This document shows positions 18,035 to 28,028 of a stretch of DNA of 64,000 bases, one piece after another. The stretch is from the NCBI GenBank assembly GCA_963792415.1, contig CAWBVY010000006.1:64001-128000 (forward strand), given 5' to 3'. This DNA is from Candidatus Deferrimicrobiaceae bacterium. Lineage in GTDB: Bacteria > Desulfobacterota > Deferrimicrobia > Deferrimicrobiales > Deferrimicrobiaceae. Numbering within the stretch: the stretch's first letter is position 1; every line of letters starts with the position of its first letter. The position numbers and the translations under genes are program-made. The notes beneath the pieces were generated by a model. That model made no database searches. It saw only the letters and a program-made list of their open reading frames with translations, and was not told where the DNA came from.

Positions 18035-19321
18035 TCACCACCCCCGTTCCATGATGGACACGGTGACGTAGGTCCCCGTGCCCGCGTGGCTGTGGATCAA
18101 CCCGCGATTGGCTTTCTTGAGCTGCAGTTCCGAGCTGCCGTAATGCCTCTTGATGCTCCCCTGGATCTGCCAGAAGGCGAAGACGGCCTGCATGAGCCCC
18201 GTGGCGCCGACCGGGTGGCCGCAGGCGATCAACCCGCCGGAGGGGTTCACGGGGATCGTCCCCTTTTTCGGGAGCTTCATCCCGTAGTCGATCTGCGGCA
18301 TGAAGGGGTACCCCGCCTCCACGAACTTTCCGCCGTCGCCGTACTTGCACAGGGCGAGGTCCTCGTACGTCTGGATCTCGGAAGAGGTGTAGGCGTCGTG
18401 GAGTTCGACGAAGTCGAGCTGCTTCAGGGGGTCCGTGATCCCGGCCATCTTGTACGCCTGGAGCCCCGCGCTCCGTCCCGCCCGGAAGGAGTGGACGCCG
18501 GGATATTTGAGGTTCCTGTAGTCGCTTTTTCTCTCGTTCGGGGCGAGAATCACCTCGCCGTGCGGCCGGTCCGCCATGCGCATCATGTCGGTCCCCGTCC
18601 CGATGCCGGTGATCCTCACGGGGCGGTCCGTGAGCTTGAACGCCGTCTCCTCGTCGGCGAGGATGCAGGTTGCCGCACCGTCGGACATCACGCAGATGTC
18701 GAGAAGGGTCAGCGGATAGGCGACCATTGCGGAGTTGCGCACGTCGGCGATGGTCAGCTTGCGGCGCTTCTGGGCGTACGGGTTGCCGTAGGCGTTCATG
18801 TGGTTTTTCACCGACACCATCGCGAGCTGTTCCACCGTGGTTCCGAATTCGTGCATGTGCCGGTTCACCATCATCGCGTAGTACCCGGAATAGAATCCGC
18901 CCACCGGGTAGTCGAAGCTCACGTCGGACGCCAGCGCGATGAACTCGTTCCCCTTCCACGTCGGGACGTGGGACATCGTCTCGAAGCCGAAGGCCGCGCA
19001 GACGTTCATGCGTCCCGAGGCGACCGCTTCCCACCCCGCCTGGAAACAGAGACCGCCGGTGGCGCCGCCGCCCTCGACCCGCTTGTTCGGCTTCGGGCAA
19101 AGCCCCAGATAGTCGGTCGCCATGATCCCCGCCATGAGTTGGCGCGTGAAGTGGTCGGAGAAGTAGGAGACCACGGACCCGTCGATCATGGAGTGCTTGA
19201 GCTTCGGAACGTCGTTCATCGCGTAGTCGAACGACTCCTTAACGATCTTCTGGAACGTCGCGTCCGGGCGGGCCTTCGCGAATTTGCTCACGCCGCCGGA
19301 AACCATGTAGACCGGTCTCAC
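18035..19321 (-). CDS. SCP2/archaeal-type thiolase-family protein lacking the nucleophilic Cys
   Basis: EGGGATGG where ExACASG is usual; HDAY, NPSGG and GHPVGATG motifs present. Confidence 0.88.
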   Translation of the reverse strand: MRPVYMVSGGVSKFAKARPDATFQKIVKESFDYAMNDVPKLKHSMIDGSVVSYFSDHFTRQLMAGIMATDYLGLCPKPNKRVEGGGATGGLCFQAGWEAVASGRMNVCAAFGFETMSHVPTWKGNEFIALASDVSFDYPVGGFYSGYYAMMVNRHMHEFGTTVEQLAMVSVKNHMNAYGNPYAQKRRKLTIADVRNSAMVAYPLTLLDICVMSDGAATCILADEETAFKLTDRPVRITGIGTGTDMMRMADRPHGEVILAPNERKSDYRNLKYPGVHSFRAGRSAGLQAYKMAGITDPLKQLDFVELHDAYTSSEIQTYEDLALCKYGDGGKFVEAGYPFMPQIDYGMKLPKKGTIPVNPSGGLIACGHPVGATGLMQAVFAFWQIQGSIKRHYGSSELQLKKANRGLIHSHAGTGTYVTVSIMERGW

Positions 19322-19376
19322 GTTCGATCCCCCTTGCCGGATGGAATCCCCTTCGCCCCGGGCCGGTCCCGCCTCC

Positions 19377-19823
19377 TCATTTCCGCGGCCGGATCCGTTC
19401 GTTCACGTAGTCGACGATCTGCTGGATCGGGGTCCCCGGCGTGAACACCCGGTCGACCCCCTTCTTCAGAAGCTTCGGGATGTCGTCGTCCGGAATGATC
19501 CCGCCTCCGAAGAGCACCACGTCGCCCATCTTCTTTTCGCGGAGCAGCTGGAGGATCCGCGGAAAGAGGTAGTTGTGCGCCCCGGAGAGGATCGACAGCC
19601 CGATGCCGTCGACGTCCTCCTGCGCCGCCGCGCTCACGATCATTTCGGGCGTCTGGTGCAGCCCCGTGTAGATGACCTCCACTCCGGCATCGCGAAGCGC
19701 GCGCGCGATGATCTTTGCCCCGCGGTCGTGGCCGTCGAGCCCGGGTTTCCCCACGAGGACACGGACTTTGCGGGCCGCCTTCTTCGGGCTTGCCGGCACC
19801 CTTTTTCCCTTTGCCGTCGCCAT
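19377..19823 (-). CDS. icmB: Acyl-CoA mutase small (B12-binding) subunit
   Basis: [21 protein letters not shown]. Confidence 0.85.
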   Translation of the reverse strand: MATAKGKRVPASPKKAARKVRVLVGKPGLDGHDRGAKIIARALRDAGVEVIYTGLHQTPEMIVSAAAQEDVDGIGLSILSGAHNYLFPRILQLLREKKMGDVVLFGGGIIPDDDIPKLLKKGVDRVFTPGTPIQQIVDYVNERIRPRK

Positions 19824-19849
19824 CGCTCCTCCTTCTCGTTCTTTCGCTC

Positions 19850-21532
19850 TCAGAACATCGCCGGATCGGTGTACACGCCCATCGTCTCCCGGAGGGTGTC
19901 GCACATCTCGCCGAGGGTGACATACTCGCGCGCCGCGTCCACCAGCAGGGGCATCAGGTTCACGTTCGGGGTGAGGGATCCTTCCTTCAGCGCGGACATG
20001 CACGCCCGCGCCTTTTTCGCGTCGCGCTTCCGCCGGACTTCCTTCGTCCGCGCGACCTGCCGTTTCTCGACCCGATCGTCGATCTTCAGCAGGGGGATCG
20101 GGACCTCCTCCTGCGACCTGTACGCGTTGAGGCCGACGATCCGCTTCTTTCCCGCGTCGACCAGCCTCTGAAAATGGAAGGCCGCGTCGGCCACCTCCCG
20201 TTGAGGATACCCCTGTTTGATCGCGGCCACCATCCCGCCCATCCCGTCGATCTTCCGGATATACTCCATCGCCTTTTCTTCCATCACGTTCGTCAGTTGC
20301 TCCACGAAGAACGATCCGCCCAGAGGGTCGATGGTGTTGGCGACGCCCGACTCCTCGGCGATGATCTGCTGTGTCCGCAGCGCTACGGTCACGGCCTGCT
20401 CGGTGGGAAGCGCCATCGTCTCGTCCATCGAGTTGGTGTGGAGCGACTGCGTCCCTCCAAGGACCCCCGAAAGAGCCTGCAATGCGACCCGTACCACGTT
20501 GTTCATCGGCTGCTGCGCGGTGAGCGTGCACCCGGCCGTCTGGGTGTGGAACCGGAGTTTCCACGAATTCTCGTCATTCGCGTGGAACCGCTCCCGCATG
20601 ATCCGCGCCCACATCCGGCGGGCGGCCCGGTACTTCGCGATCTCCTCGAAAAAATCCATGTGGGCGTTGAAGAAGTACGAGAGCCGCGGGGCGAACTTGT
20701 CGACGGGAATCCCCGCGTCGATTCCCGCCTGGACATAGGCGATCCCGTCGGCGATCGTGAAGGCCAGCTCCTGGATCGCCGTGGACCCCGCTTCCCGGAT
20801 GTGGTACCCGCTGATGCTGATCGTGTTCCATCTCGGTACGTTGTCGGCGCAGTAGGCGAGGATGTCGGTGATGATCCGCATCGACGGCTCCGGGGGGAAG
20901 ATCCAGGAATGCTGGGCGATGTATTCCTTGAGAATGTCGTTCTGGATCGTGCCGCCGACCTTGTGGAAGGGCACCCCCTGTTTTTCCGCGACCGCGAGGT
21001 ACATGGCGAAGACCATCGCCGCCGGGCCGTTGATCGTCATCGAGGTGGTGACCTTGTCCAGCGGTATCCCTTCGAAAAGGATCTCCATGTCCTTGAGCGA
21101 ATCGACGGCGACTCCGCACATCCCGACCTCTCCCTTCGCGCGGGGGGAGTCGGAGTCGTATCCCATGAGCGTCGGAAAGTGGAACGCGGTGGAAAGCCCG
21201 GTCTGACCCTGCGAGAGGAGGAACTTGAACCGCGCGTTCGTATCCTCCGCCGAGCCGAATCCGGCGAACTGGCGCATCGTCCACAGCCTCCCCCGGTACA
21301 TCGTGGGCTGCACTCCCCGGGTGTACGGGAACTGGCCGGGAAATCCGAGGTCCTCTTCGTAATCGAAGTTCGAAAGGGGATCGGGGGTGCACAGGAGGTC
21401 GATCTCCTCGTCGGAAACGGTGGAGAACCTTTCGAGACGCGGCGGCGACCTCCGAAGGCTGGGGGTCAATTCCTCGTCCTGCCACTTCTTCCTTCGGGTC
21501 GCTATCCCCGCGAGCTTTTTCCTGTCGTACAT
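19850..21532 (-). CDS. icmA: B12-dependent acyl-CoA mutase large subunit, isobutyryl-CoA mutase type
   Basis: WTMRQFAGF (Phe) and [11 protein letters not shown] (Gln) where methylmalonyl-CoA mutase has Tyr and Arg; no fused B12 domain. Confidence 0.85.
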   Translation of the reverse strand: MYDRKKLAGIATRRKKWQDEELTPSLRRSPPRLERFSTVSDEEIDLLCTPDPLSNFDYEEDLGFPGQFPYTRGVQPTMYRGRLWTMRQFAGFGSAEDTNARFKFLLSQGQTGLSTAFHFPTLMGYDSDSPRAKGEVGMCGVAVDSLKDMEILFEGIPLDKVTTSMTINGPAAMVFAMYLAVAEKQGVPFHKVGGTIQNDILKEYIAQHSWIFPPEPSMRIITDILAYCADNVPRWNTISISGYHIREAGSTAIQELAFTIADGIAYVQAGIDAGIPVDKFAPRLSYFFNAHMDFFEEIAKYRAARRMWARIMRERFHANDENSWKLRFHTQTAGCTLTAQQPMNNVVRVALQALSGVLGGTQSLHTNSMDETMALPTEQAVTVALRTQQIIAEESGVANTIDPLGGSFFVEQLTNVMEEKAMEYIRKIDGMGGMVAAIKQGYPQREVADAAFHFQRLVDAGKKRIVGLNAYRSQEEVPIPLLKIDDRVEKRQVARTKEVRRKRDAKKARACMSALKEGSLTPNVNLMPLLVDAAREYVTLGEMCDTLRETMGVYTDPAMF

Positions 21533-21766
21533 GGTGCCCTCCGTTTTTCCTACAGCGAGGGTACCCCGGCAGCGCGAAGCCCGTACTGGGGTGCCCTCCG
21601 TTTTTCCTACAGCGAGGGTACCCCGGCAGCGCGAAGCCCGTACTGGGGTGCCCTCCGTTTTTCCTACAGCGAGGGTACCCCGGCAGCGCGAAGCCCGTAC
21701 TGGGGTGCCCTCCGTTTTTCCTACAGCGAGGGTACCCCGGCAGCGCGAAGCTCGTGCTGGGGTGCC
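21533..21766. repeat. Tandem array of four 57-bp palindromic units plus a 6-bp partial
   Basis: Unit GGTGCCCTCCGTTTTTCCTACAGCGAGGGTACCCCGGCAGCGCGAAGCCCGTACTGG starts at 21533, 21590, 21647 and 21704; the last copy has two substitutions. Confidence 0.97.
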
Positions 21767-21770
21767 TCCT

Positions 21771-22310
21771 CTACCGTTCCACGCCCACGCGGGCGTCAAC
21801 GCCCTTCGCGTAATAGTGCCGGATCTCCCGCATTTCGGTGACGAGATCCGCCGCCTCGATGATTTCCGGGGGGGCACCGCGCCCCGTGAGGACGAGTTCC
21901 ATCCCGTCGGGCTTCCCCTTGATCGCCTCGAGAACTTCCCCGACGGGCAGAAGCCCGAAATCCATCGCGCAATTGATCTCGTCGAGAACCACGATATCCG
22001 CTTTCCGGCCGGAGATGATCCCGCGTGCGAGCTTCCACCCTTCCAGGGCAAGACGAATATCCTCGGGGTCCGGGTTTTTCCGGTTCACGAAGGTGTCGCG
22101 CCCCGCCTGGTGGATCTCGACGTGGGGGGCGAGCATCCGCACCCCCGCGAGTTCGCCGTAGTCGATCCACCCCTTCATGAACTGGATGATCACCGTCTTC
22201 AGCCCGTGGCCCGCGGCGCGAACGGCGAGGCCGAGGGAGGCGGTGGTTTTCCCTTTACCTCTCCCGGTGTAGACCTGAACGTACCCTTTTCCGATCGCTC
22301 CCACGCTCAC
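21771..22310 (-). CDS. cobO: Cob(I)alamin adenosyltransferase, CobA/BtuR type
   Basis: [32 protein letters not shown]. Confidence 0.93.
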   Translation of the reverse strand: MSVGAIGKGYVQVYTGRGKGKTTASLGLAVRAAGHGLKTVIIQFMKGWIDYGELAGVRMLAPHVEIHQAGRDTFVNRKNPDPEDIRLALEGWKLARGIISGRKADIVVLDEINCAMDFGLLPVGEVLEAIKGKPDGMELVLTGRGAPPEIIEAADLVTEMREIRHYYAKGVDARVGVER

Positions 22311-22317
22311 GCCGCGC

Positions 22318-23448
22318 CTACCCGCAGAGGGCCCGCGAGATCACGAGCCGCTGAATCTCGGAGGTCCCCTCGTAGATTGTCGTCACCCGGATATCGCGCA
22401 GGTGACGCTCCACCGGATATTCCCGAATATAGCCGTACCCGCCCAACACCTGCAACGCGGAGTGGCACGCCCGGTTTCCCGCTTCCGTGGCGAAGAGCTT
22501 CGCCATCGAGGCCTCCGTCGAGTACGGGAGACCCTTCTCCTTCAGGGACATGGCCCGGAACGCCAGCAGCTGGGCGGCGTCGAGCTCGGTCGCGGCGTCC
22601 GCGAGCTTCCATTGGATCGCCTGAAATTCGCCGATCGCCTGTCCGAACTGACGCCGGTCCCTGGCGTACTCCGTTGCCGTGGAAAGCGCCGACCGCGCGA
22701 TCCCGATCGCTTGCGACGCGATGCCGATCCTTCCGCCGTCGAGCGCCGAGAGCGCGATCTTCAACCCTTCCCCGGGGGCGCCCAGCATCGACGATTTCGG
22801 CACCCGGCACTCCTCGAAGGAAAGGGAGACGGTGTCGGACCCCCTTATCCCCATCTTGTGCTCGCGCTTCCCGACGCGGAACCCCGGAGTGTCCGGCTCA
22901 ACGAGGAAAGCGCTGATCTTCCTGGGGGACTTCACCGTCAGCGCCATGACGATCGTGACGCAGGCGTTTGCGCCGTTCGTGATGAAGGCCTTCGAGCCGT
23001 CGAGGACGTAGCCGTCGCCGTCTTCACGGGCGAACGTCGAAAGCCCCGCCGCGTCGGAACCGGCACCGGGCTCGGTGAGTGCGAACGCCCCGGCCCCTTT
23101 TCCGGCGGCGAGCATCGGGAGATAGCGACTCCGCTGCGAATCGCTGCCGAAACGGAAGATCGCCTCGCCCGTCATGTTGGTGACCGCCATTCCCACTCCC
23201 GTCGAGGCGCATCCCCCCGCGACCTCCCTCAGGGCGATGGCATAGGAAACGGGGCCCGCCTCCGAGCCCCCGAACGACGCCGGGTACAGCATCCCGAGCA
23301 GCCCCAGTTCCGCCAGGCGCCGGTGGTTTTCCGCCGGATAGCGGCTCTCCTCGTCGACCTGCGCGGCGCGCGGGGCGAACTCCTTCCGGGAGAGGCCGCG
23401 CACCATCTCCTCGACCTGCAACTGCTCGTCGGTGAGGCGAAAATCCAT
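22318..23448 (-). CDS. Acyl-CoA dehydrogenase
   Basis: [29 protein letters not shown]. Confidence 0.95.
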   Translation of the reverse strand: MDFRLTDEQLQVEEMVRGLSRKEFAPRAAQVDEESRYPAENHRRLAELGLLGMLYPASFGGSEAGPVSYAIALREVAGGCASTGVGMAVTNMTGEAIFRFGSDSQRSRYLPMLAAGKGAGAFALTEPGAGSDAAGLSTFAREDGDGYVLDGSKAFITNGANACVTIVMALTVKSPRKISAFLVEPDTPGFRVGKREHKMGIRGSDTVSLSFEECRVPKSSMLGAPGEGLKIALSALDGGRIGIASQAIGIARSALSTATEYARDRRQFGQAIGEFQAIQWKLADAATELDAAQLLAFRAMSLKEKGLPYSTEASMAKLFATEAGNRACHSALQVLGGYGYIREYPVERHLRDIRVTTIYEGTSEIQRLVISRALCG

Positions 23449-23456
23449 CCCCCGCC

Positions 23457-24599
23457 CTATCCCTTCAGAAGCGCGGCGGAGATGACCAGTCGCTGGATTT
23501 CGGAGGTTCCCTCGTAGATCTCCGTGATCTTCGCGTCGCGGAAGTGGCGCTCCGCCGGATACTCGCTGATGTACCCGTACCCGCCGTGGATCTGCACGCC
23601 CTTCACCGCCGCCCGCATCGCCGCCTCCGACGCGTACAACTTCGCCATCGACGACTCCTTGGAGTGACGCATCTTGCGGTCCTTCATCCAGGCGGCCCTC
23701 CAGGTGAGCAGGCGCGCGGCGTCGATCTCCGTGGCGATGTCCGCCAGCATCCACTGGATCGCCTGGAAATCGCAGATCGCCTGGCCGAACTGCTTTCGGT
23801 CCTTCGAATAGGAGAGGGCGTCCTCGAGCGAAGCGCGGGCGATCCCGATCGCCTGGGCGGCGATCCCGATCCGGCCCCCGTCGAGCGTGTGCATCGCGAC
23901 CTTGAACCCGTCCCCCTCGTTTCCCAAGCGGTTCCTCGCGGGGACGCGTACCTCCTCGAAAATGATCGAAGAGGTCGCCGATGCCCGGATACCCATCTTC
24001 TTCTCGTGTTTCCCGAGGGAGACGCCCTTGCATTTCATGTCGACGACGAACGCGGTGATCCCCTTGTGCGCCTTCGACTTGTCGGTCATCGTGAAGAGGA
24101 CGCAGGTGTCGGCCTGAGGCGCGTTCGTGATGAAGTTCTTGGTGCCGTCGACGACGTAGAAATCGCCGTCCCGGACCGCGGTGGTCTTCTGGGAACCGGC
24201 GTCGGAACCGGATCCCGGCTCCGTGAGCCCGAAGCAGCCGAGCGTCTTCCCGGAGGCCATCGGCACGAGGTATTCCCGCTTGATCTCCTCGGAGCCGAAC
24301 TTGAGGATCGGGTCGCACGCGAGCGAATTGTTCACCGACATGATGACGCCGGTGGAAGCGCACGCGCGGGAGATCTCCTCCATGGCGATCGCGTAGCAGA
24401 CGTTGTCCATCCCGGCGCCGCCGTACTCCTCGGGAACGGCGATCCCCATGAACCCGAGTTCGGCCATCTGGCGGATCAGCTCGTCCGGGAACCGACTGTT
24501 CTCGTCCAGCTCGGCGGCCTTCGGCAACACCTCTTTCCGTGCGAACTCCCTCGCCGTATCCTGGATCATCCGCTGCTCTTCGGTCAGGTCGAACACCAT
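23457..24599 (-). CDS. Acyl-CoA dehydrogenase (butyryl-CoA dehydrogenase-like)
   Basis: [41 protein letters not shown]. Confidence 0.95.
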   Translation of the reverse strand: MVFDLTEEQRMIQDTAREFARKEVLPKAAELDENSRFPDELIRQMAELGFMGIAVPEEYGGAGMDNVCYAIAMEEISRACASTGVIMSVNNSLACDPILKFGSEEIKREYLVPMASGKTLGCFGLTEPGSGSDAGSQKTTAVRDGDFYVVDGTKNFITNAPQADTCVLFTMTDKSKAHKGITAFVVDMKCKGVSLGKHEKKMGIRASATSSIIFEEVRVPARNRLGNEGDGFKVAMHTLDGGRIGIAAQAIGIARASLEDALSYSKDRKQFGQAICDFQAIQWMLADIATEIDAARLLTWRAAWMKDRKMRHSKESSMAKLYASEAAMRAAVKGVQIHGGYGYISEYPAERHFRDAKITEIYEGTSEIQRLVISAALLKG

Positions 24600-24645
24600 C
24601 GTGCTTTCTCCCCCGTCGTTGGATGTGGGGCGACCTCCCCCGGGA

Positions 24646-25428
24646 TCACTTCCCGGTGAAGTTCGCCTTCCGCTTTTCGAGGAACGCGGCGATCCCTTCC
24701 TCCCTGTCGGTGGTGGAGAAACCGACCGCGAAAAGGCTCGCCTCGAGGGCGCACGCGTTGCCCAGGTCAAGGTCGAGCCCCCGGTTCATCGCCATCTTCG
24801 CCGTGCGGACGGCGACCGGGCCCCGGGAGAGGATCTTTCTGGCGATCTCCCTCGCCGCCCCCATCAGTTCCGCCGCCGGGACGACCTTGTTCACCAGGCC
24901 GATCTCGTACGCCCGCTGCGCCGAGATCATCTCCCCGGTCAGGACCAGTTCCTTCGCGAGGTTCCGCCCGACCAGGCGCGGCAAGCGCTGCGTTCCGCCG
25001 TATCCCGGGATGATCCCCAGATTCACTTCCGGCTGGCCGAACCGGGCCGTGTCCGCGGCGATCAGCAGATCGCACGCCATCGCCACTTCGCACCCCCCAC
25101 CCAGCGCGAAGCCGTTGATCGCTCCGATGACCGGCTGGGACATCGCCTCGATGAAGCCGAGAACACGCTGCCCAAGAAGGGAGAAATCGAGAGCCTCGAG
25201 CGCCGTGAAGCCCTTCATCACGGAGATGTCGGCACCCGCGATGAAGGCCTTCTCTCCGGCGCCGGTCAGCAGGACCGCTCCCACGTCCGCCCGCGCCGAG
25301 AGCTCCTCCATGGCGGCCCCGAGTTCCCGCACCGTGGCGGGATTCAGGGCGTTCAGGGATTTCGGGCGATTGAAGGTGACCGTCGCGATTCGTTCCGAAA
25401 CGTCGACCAGCAGGTTCTCGTAATTCAT
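24646..25428 (-). CDS. crt: Enoyl-CoA hydratase (crotonase)
   Basis: AFIAGADI, ALGGGCE, GQPEVNLGIIPGYGGTQRL. Confidence 0.93.
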   Translation of the reverse strand: MNYENLLVDVSERIATVTFNRPKSLNALNPATVRELGAAMEELSARADVGAVLLTGAGEKAFIAGADISVMKGFTALEALDFSLLGQRVLGFIEAMSQPVIGAINGFALGGGCEVAMACDLLIAADTARFGQPEVNLGIIPGYGGTQRLPRLVGRNLAKELVLTGEMISAQRAYEIGLVNKVVPAAELMGAAREIARKILSRGPVAVRTAKMAMNRGLDLDLGNACALEASLFAVGFSTTDREEGIAAFLEKRKANFTGK

Positions 25429-25438
25429 CGACTCCTCC

Positions 25439-26296
25439 TTACGCCTTTTCGTACGTGTAGAAGCCTCGACCCGTCTTTTTCCCGAGGTAGCCGGCGTCGA
25501 CGTGCTTCCGCAGGAGGGGGCACGGACGGTACTTGGAGTCTCCCAATCCCTCTTGCAGCGTGTTCAACACTTCGAGGCAGGTGTCGAGACCGATCAGGTC
25601 GGCCAGCGCCAGCGGTCCCATCGGGTGGTTCGCCCCCATCTTCATGATCGCGTCGATGTCGGCGGCCTCCCCGACCCCCTCCATCAGGGCGTAGACCGCC
25701 TCGTTGATCATCGGCATGAGGATCCGGTTGGCGATGAACCCCGGGAAGTCGTTCGCGGGGACCGGTTCCTTCCCGAGGGAACGGGCGAACGTCATCGTCG
25801 CATCGAACGTTTCCGTCGACGTCTGCAGCCCCGGGATCACCTCGACGAGCTTCATGAGAGGGACCGGATTCATGAAGTGCATCCCGATCACCTGGGCCGG
25901 ACGCTTCGTCGCGGCGGCGATCTTCGTGATCGAGATGGAGGACGTGTTCGTCGCAAGGATCCGCCCCGCAGGAACCACTTCGTCGAGTTTCCGGAAGAGG
26001 GAGAGCTTCAACTCTTCCCGTTCCGTGGCCGCCTCGACGACGAGATCGCAGGAGGCGAAGTCTCCGGGATCGGTCGTCGTCCGGAGGCCGGAAAGGGCCT
26101 GCTCCTTCTCCTGCGCCGTGATCTTCTCCTTGCGGAGCAGGATGTCGAGCCCCTTGCCGATTCCCGCGCGGGACCGGGCGAGGACCGCCTCGGAGACATC
26201 GCTCAGGACGACCTGCAGGCCGCTCACCAGGGAGACTTGCGCGATCCCGCTCCCCATCTGGCCGGCTCCGAGAACGCCGATCTTGGAAATACTCAT
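25439..26296 (-). CDS. hbd: 3-hydroxybutyryl-CoA dehydrogenase
   Basis: GAGQMGSGIA, TNTSS, HFMNPVP, HPMGP. Confidence 0.94.
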   Translation of the reverse strand: MSISKIGVLGAGQMGSGIAQVSLVSGLQVVLSDVSEAVLARSRAGIGKGLDILLRKEKITAQEKEQALSGLRTTTDPGDFASCDLVVEAATEREELKLSLFRKLDEVVPAGRILATNTSSISITKIAAATKRPAQVIGMHFMNPVPLMKLVEVIPGLQTSTETFDATMTFARSLGKEPVPANDFPGFIANRILMPMINEAVYALMEGVGEAADIDAIMKMGANHPMGPLALADLIGLDTCLEVLNTLQEGLGDSKYRPCPLLRKHVDAGYLGKKTGRGFYTYEKA

Positions 26297-26357
26297 GGCC
26301 CCCCCATTATATATATTATTATTTACAAATACTTATAACTTCCTTATTAAAGTTAAA

Positions 26358-27536
26358 CTATAACTTCTCAACCAATACCGCGACGGCTTCTCCCCCGCCG
26401 ATGCAAAGGGAGGCGACCCCGTACCGCTCTCCCCGGTCGGCCATCGCGTACAGCAGCGTGGTGAGGATGCGCGCCCCCGAGCACCCGACGGGATGCCCAA
26501 GCGCCACCGCGCCTCCGTTCACGTTCACCCGCTCCGGATCCAGGGTCAGCCCCCGGATGGCGGCGATCGCCACTCCCGCGAACGCTTCGTTGATCTCGAA
26601 GAGCCCGACCTTCTCCTTCGGGACACCTGTTTTCTGAAGAAGCTTCCGGATCGCGTCGACCGGCGCGATCGTGAACCAGACGGGTTCGAGGGACGCCGTC
26701 GCGTACCCGACGATGCGCGCCATCGGCTTCGCGCCGAGTCGCTTCGCGGCGTCCGAAGACATCACCACCAGGGCCGCCGCCCCGTCGTTGATCGTCGAGG
26801 CATTCCCGGCGGTGACGGTGCCGTTCTTTTCGAAAGCGGGCCGGAGGCTGGGCAATTTCGGGACGTTCCCGCGTCCCGGTTCCTCGTCCACCAGGAAAGG
26901 GACCGGGTCTCCTTTGCGCTGCGGGACCGGTACCGGTACGATCTCACCGGCGAATTTTCCGTTCTTGATGGCGGAAAGGGCACGCGTGTACGAGGAAGCC
27001 GCGTACGCATCCTGATCCTCGCGCGTGATCTTGTGCTCCTTCGCGAGGGTCTCCGCGCAATTCCCCATGTGAAGGTCGTTGTAGACGTCCCAAAGCCCGT
27101 CGATGATCATGTGGTCGTAGAGGGTGTCGTTTCCCAGCCGGTATCCGGAACGCGCCTTCTTCAGCAGGTACGGCGCCTGGCTCATCGATTCCATCCCGCC
27201 GGCGACCAGGACATCGAACTCTTCCGTGACCACGGACTGGGCGGCGAGCATGACGGACTTGAGGCCGGACCCGCACATTTTGTTGATGGTGAGCGCACCG
27301 GCCGACACCGGGATGCCGGCGTAGATGGCGGCCTGCCGGGCAGGCGCCTGTCCCATTCCCGCGGAAAGGACGTTCCCCATGATCACCTGTTCCACGTCCT
27401 CCTTTCGGATCCCGCTTCGGGAAACGGCCTCCGCGATCGCGACGGCGCCGAACCGGGGGGCCGCAAGATCGGAGAGTCCCCCCATCAGCGACCCAATCGC
27501 GGTCCTTGCGGCTCCGGTGATGACGGCTTCCTTCAT
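26358..27536 (-). CDS. Acetyl-CoA C-acetyltransferase (canonical thiolase)
   Basis: NKMCGSG, NEAF, GHPVG and CIGGG catalytic motifs all present. Confidence 0.95.
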   Translation of the reverse strand: MKEAVITGAARTAIGSLMGGLSDLAAPRFGAVAIAEAVSRSGIRKEDVEQVIMGNVLSAGMGQAPARQAAIYAGIPVSAGALTINKMCGSGLKSVMLAAQSVVTEEFDVLVAGGMESMSQAPYLLKKARSGYRLGNDTLYDHMIIDGLWDVYNDLHMGNCAETLAKEHKITREDQDAYAASSYTRALSAIKNGKFAGEIVPVPVPQRKGDPVPFLVDEEPGRGNVPKLPSLRPAFEKNGTVTAGNASTINDGAAALVVMSSDAAKRLGAKPMARIVGYATASLEPVWFTIAPVDAIRKLLQKTGVPKEKVGLFEINEAFAGVAIAAIRGLTLDPERVNVNGGAVALGHPVGCSGARILTTLLYAMADRGERYGVASLCIGGGEAVAVLVEKL

Positions 27537-27970
27537 GAGCGCATCTCCTTTCCGGTCGTTCCCGGTTCTTCCCGGGTTGCGTCCTGCAGGACCTTGTCCC
27601 GCAGTCGCTGCTGGTATTCCCGGATCTCTTTCTTCAGCGCTACGAGCTGGGCGACACGTTCGTCGATCTGCGCGGCGCGCTCCTCGAGGATCTGCAGAAG
27701 TTTCGGGAGGATCTCCCGGTTGTTGCGCTCCTTCCGGTAGATTTTTTCGAGGTCGACCATCTCCGCGAGGGAGAGGCCGAGGACCTTCAGGCGGCTGATG
27801 AACTTCAGTCGTCGGACGTCGCTGTCCGTGTAGACGCGCTTGCCGTTCTCGATCCGGCGGACGCTGTGCAGGAGGCCGATCTCTTCGTAGTAGCGGATCG
27901 TGCGCTGCGACAGGCCGACCAGGCGGCTGATCTGCCCGATCGCGTATGTCCCCTCGGTACCCCTTGCCAT
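27533..27970 (-). CDS. MerR-family regulator (LiuR-like)
   Basis: RTIRYYEEIGLL MerR HTH; first gene of an acyl-CoA catabolic operon. Confidence 0.85.
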   Translation of the reverse strand: MARGTEGTYAIGQISRLVGLSQRTIRYYEEIGLLHSVRRIENGKRVYTDSDVRRLKFISRLKVLGLSLAEMVDLEKIYRKERNNREILPKLLQILEERAAQIDERVAQLVALKKEIREYQQRLRDKVLQDATREEPGTTGKEMRS

Positions 27971-27980
27971 ATCTCACCAC

Positions 27981-28028
27981 CTTACGTTAACTGGCAAAAT
28001 GGTACCCTGCGGAACCCGATCCTGTCAA
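27981..28028 (-). promoter_or_regulatory. Sigma70 promoter and LiuR-like operator
   Basis: TTGACA(28023-28028)-N18-TACCAT(27999-28004), followed by TTGCCAGTTAACGTAAG, which resembles the TTTACGTwwACGTAAA LiuR box. Confidence 0.55.

Noticed and set aside
18305-18314. GGGGTACCCC as another REP copy
   Set aside because: It lies inside the thiolase-like CDS and lacks the rest of the motif
19850-21532. Methylmalonyl-CoA mutase
   Set aside because: The specificity residues are Phe/Gln, not Tyr/Arg
21533-21766. CRISPR array
   Set aside because: The units are contiguous and near-identical with no unique spacers, and there are no cas genes in the window
21533-21770. Cobalamin riboswitch upstream of the B12 mutase
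   Set aside because: No B12-box or conserved core is recognisable; the spacer is fully explained by the tandem repeat
21533-22051. 173-aa repeat-containing N-terminal extension of the mutase (733-aa ORF)
   Set aside because: It overlaps cobO out of frame; mutase similarity and an RBS begin at ATG 21532
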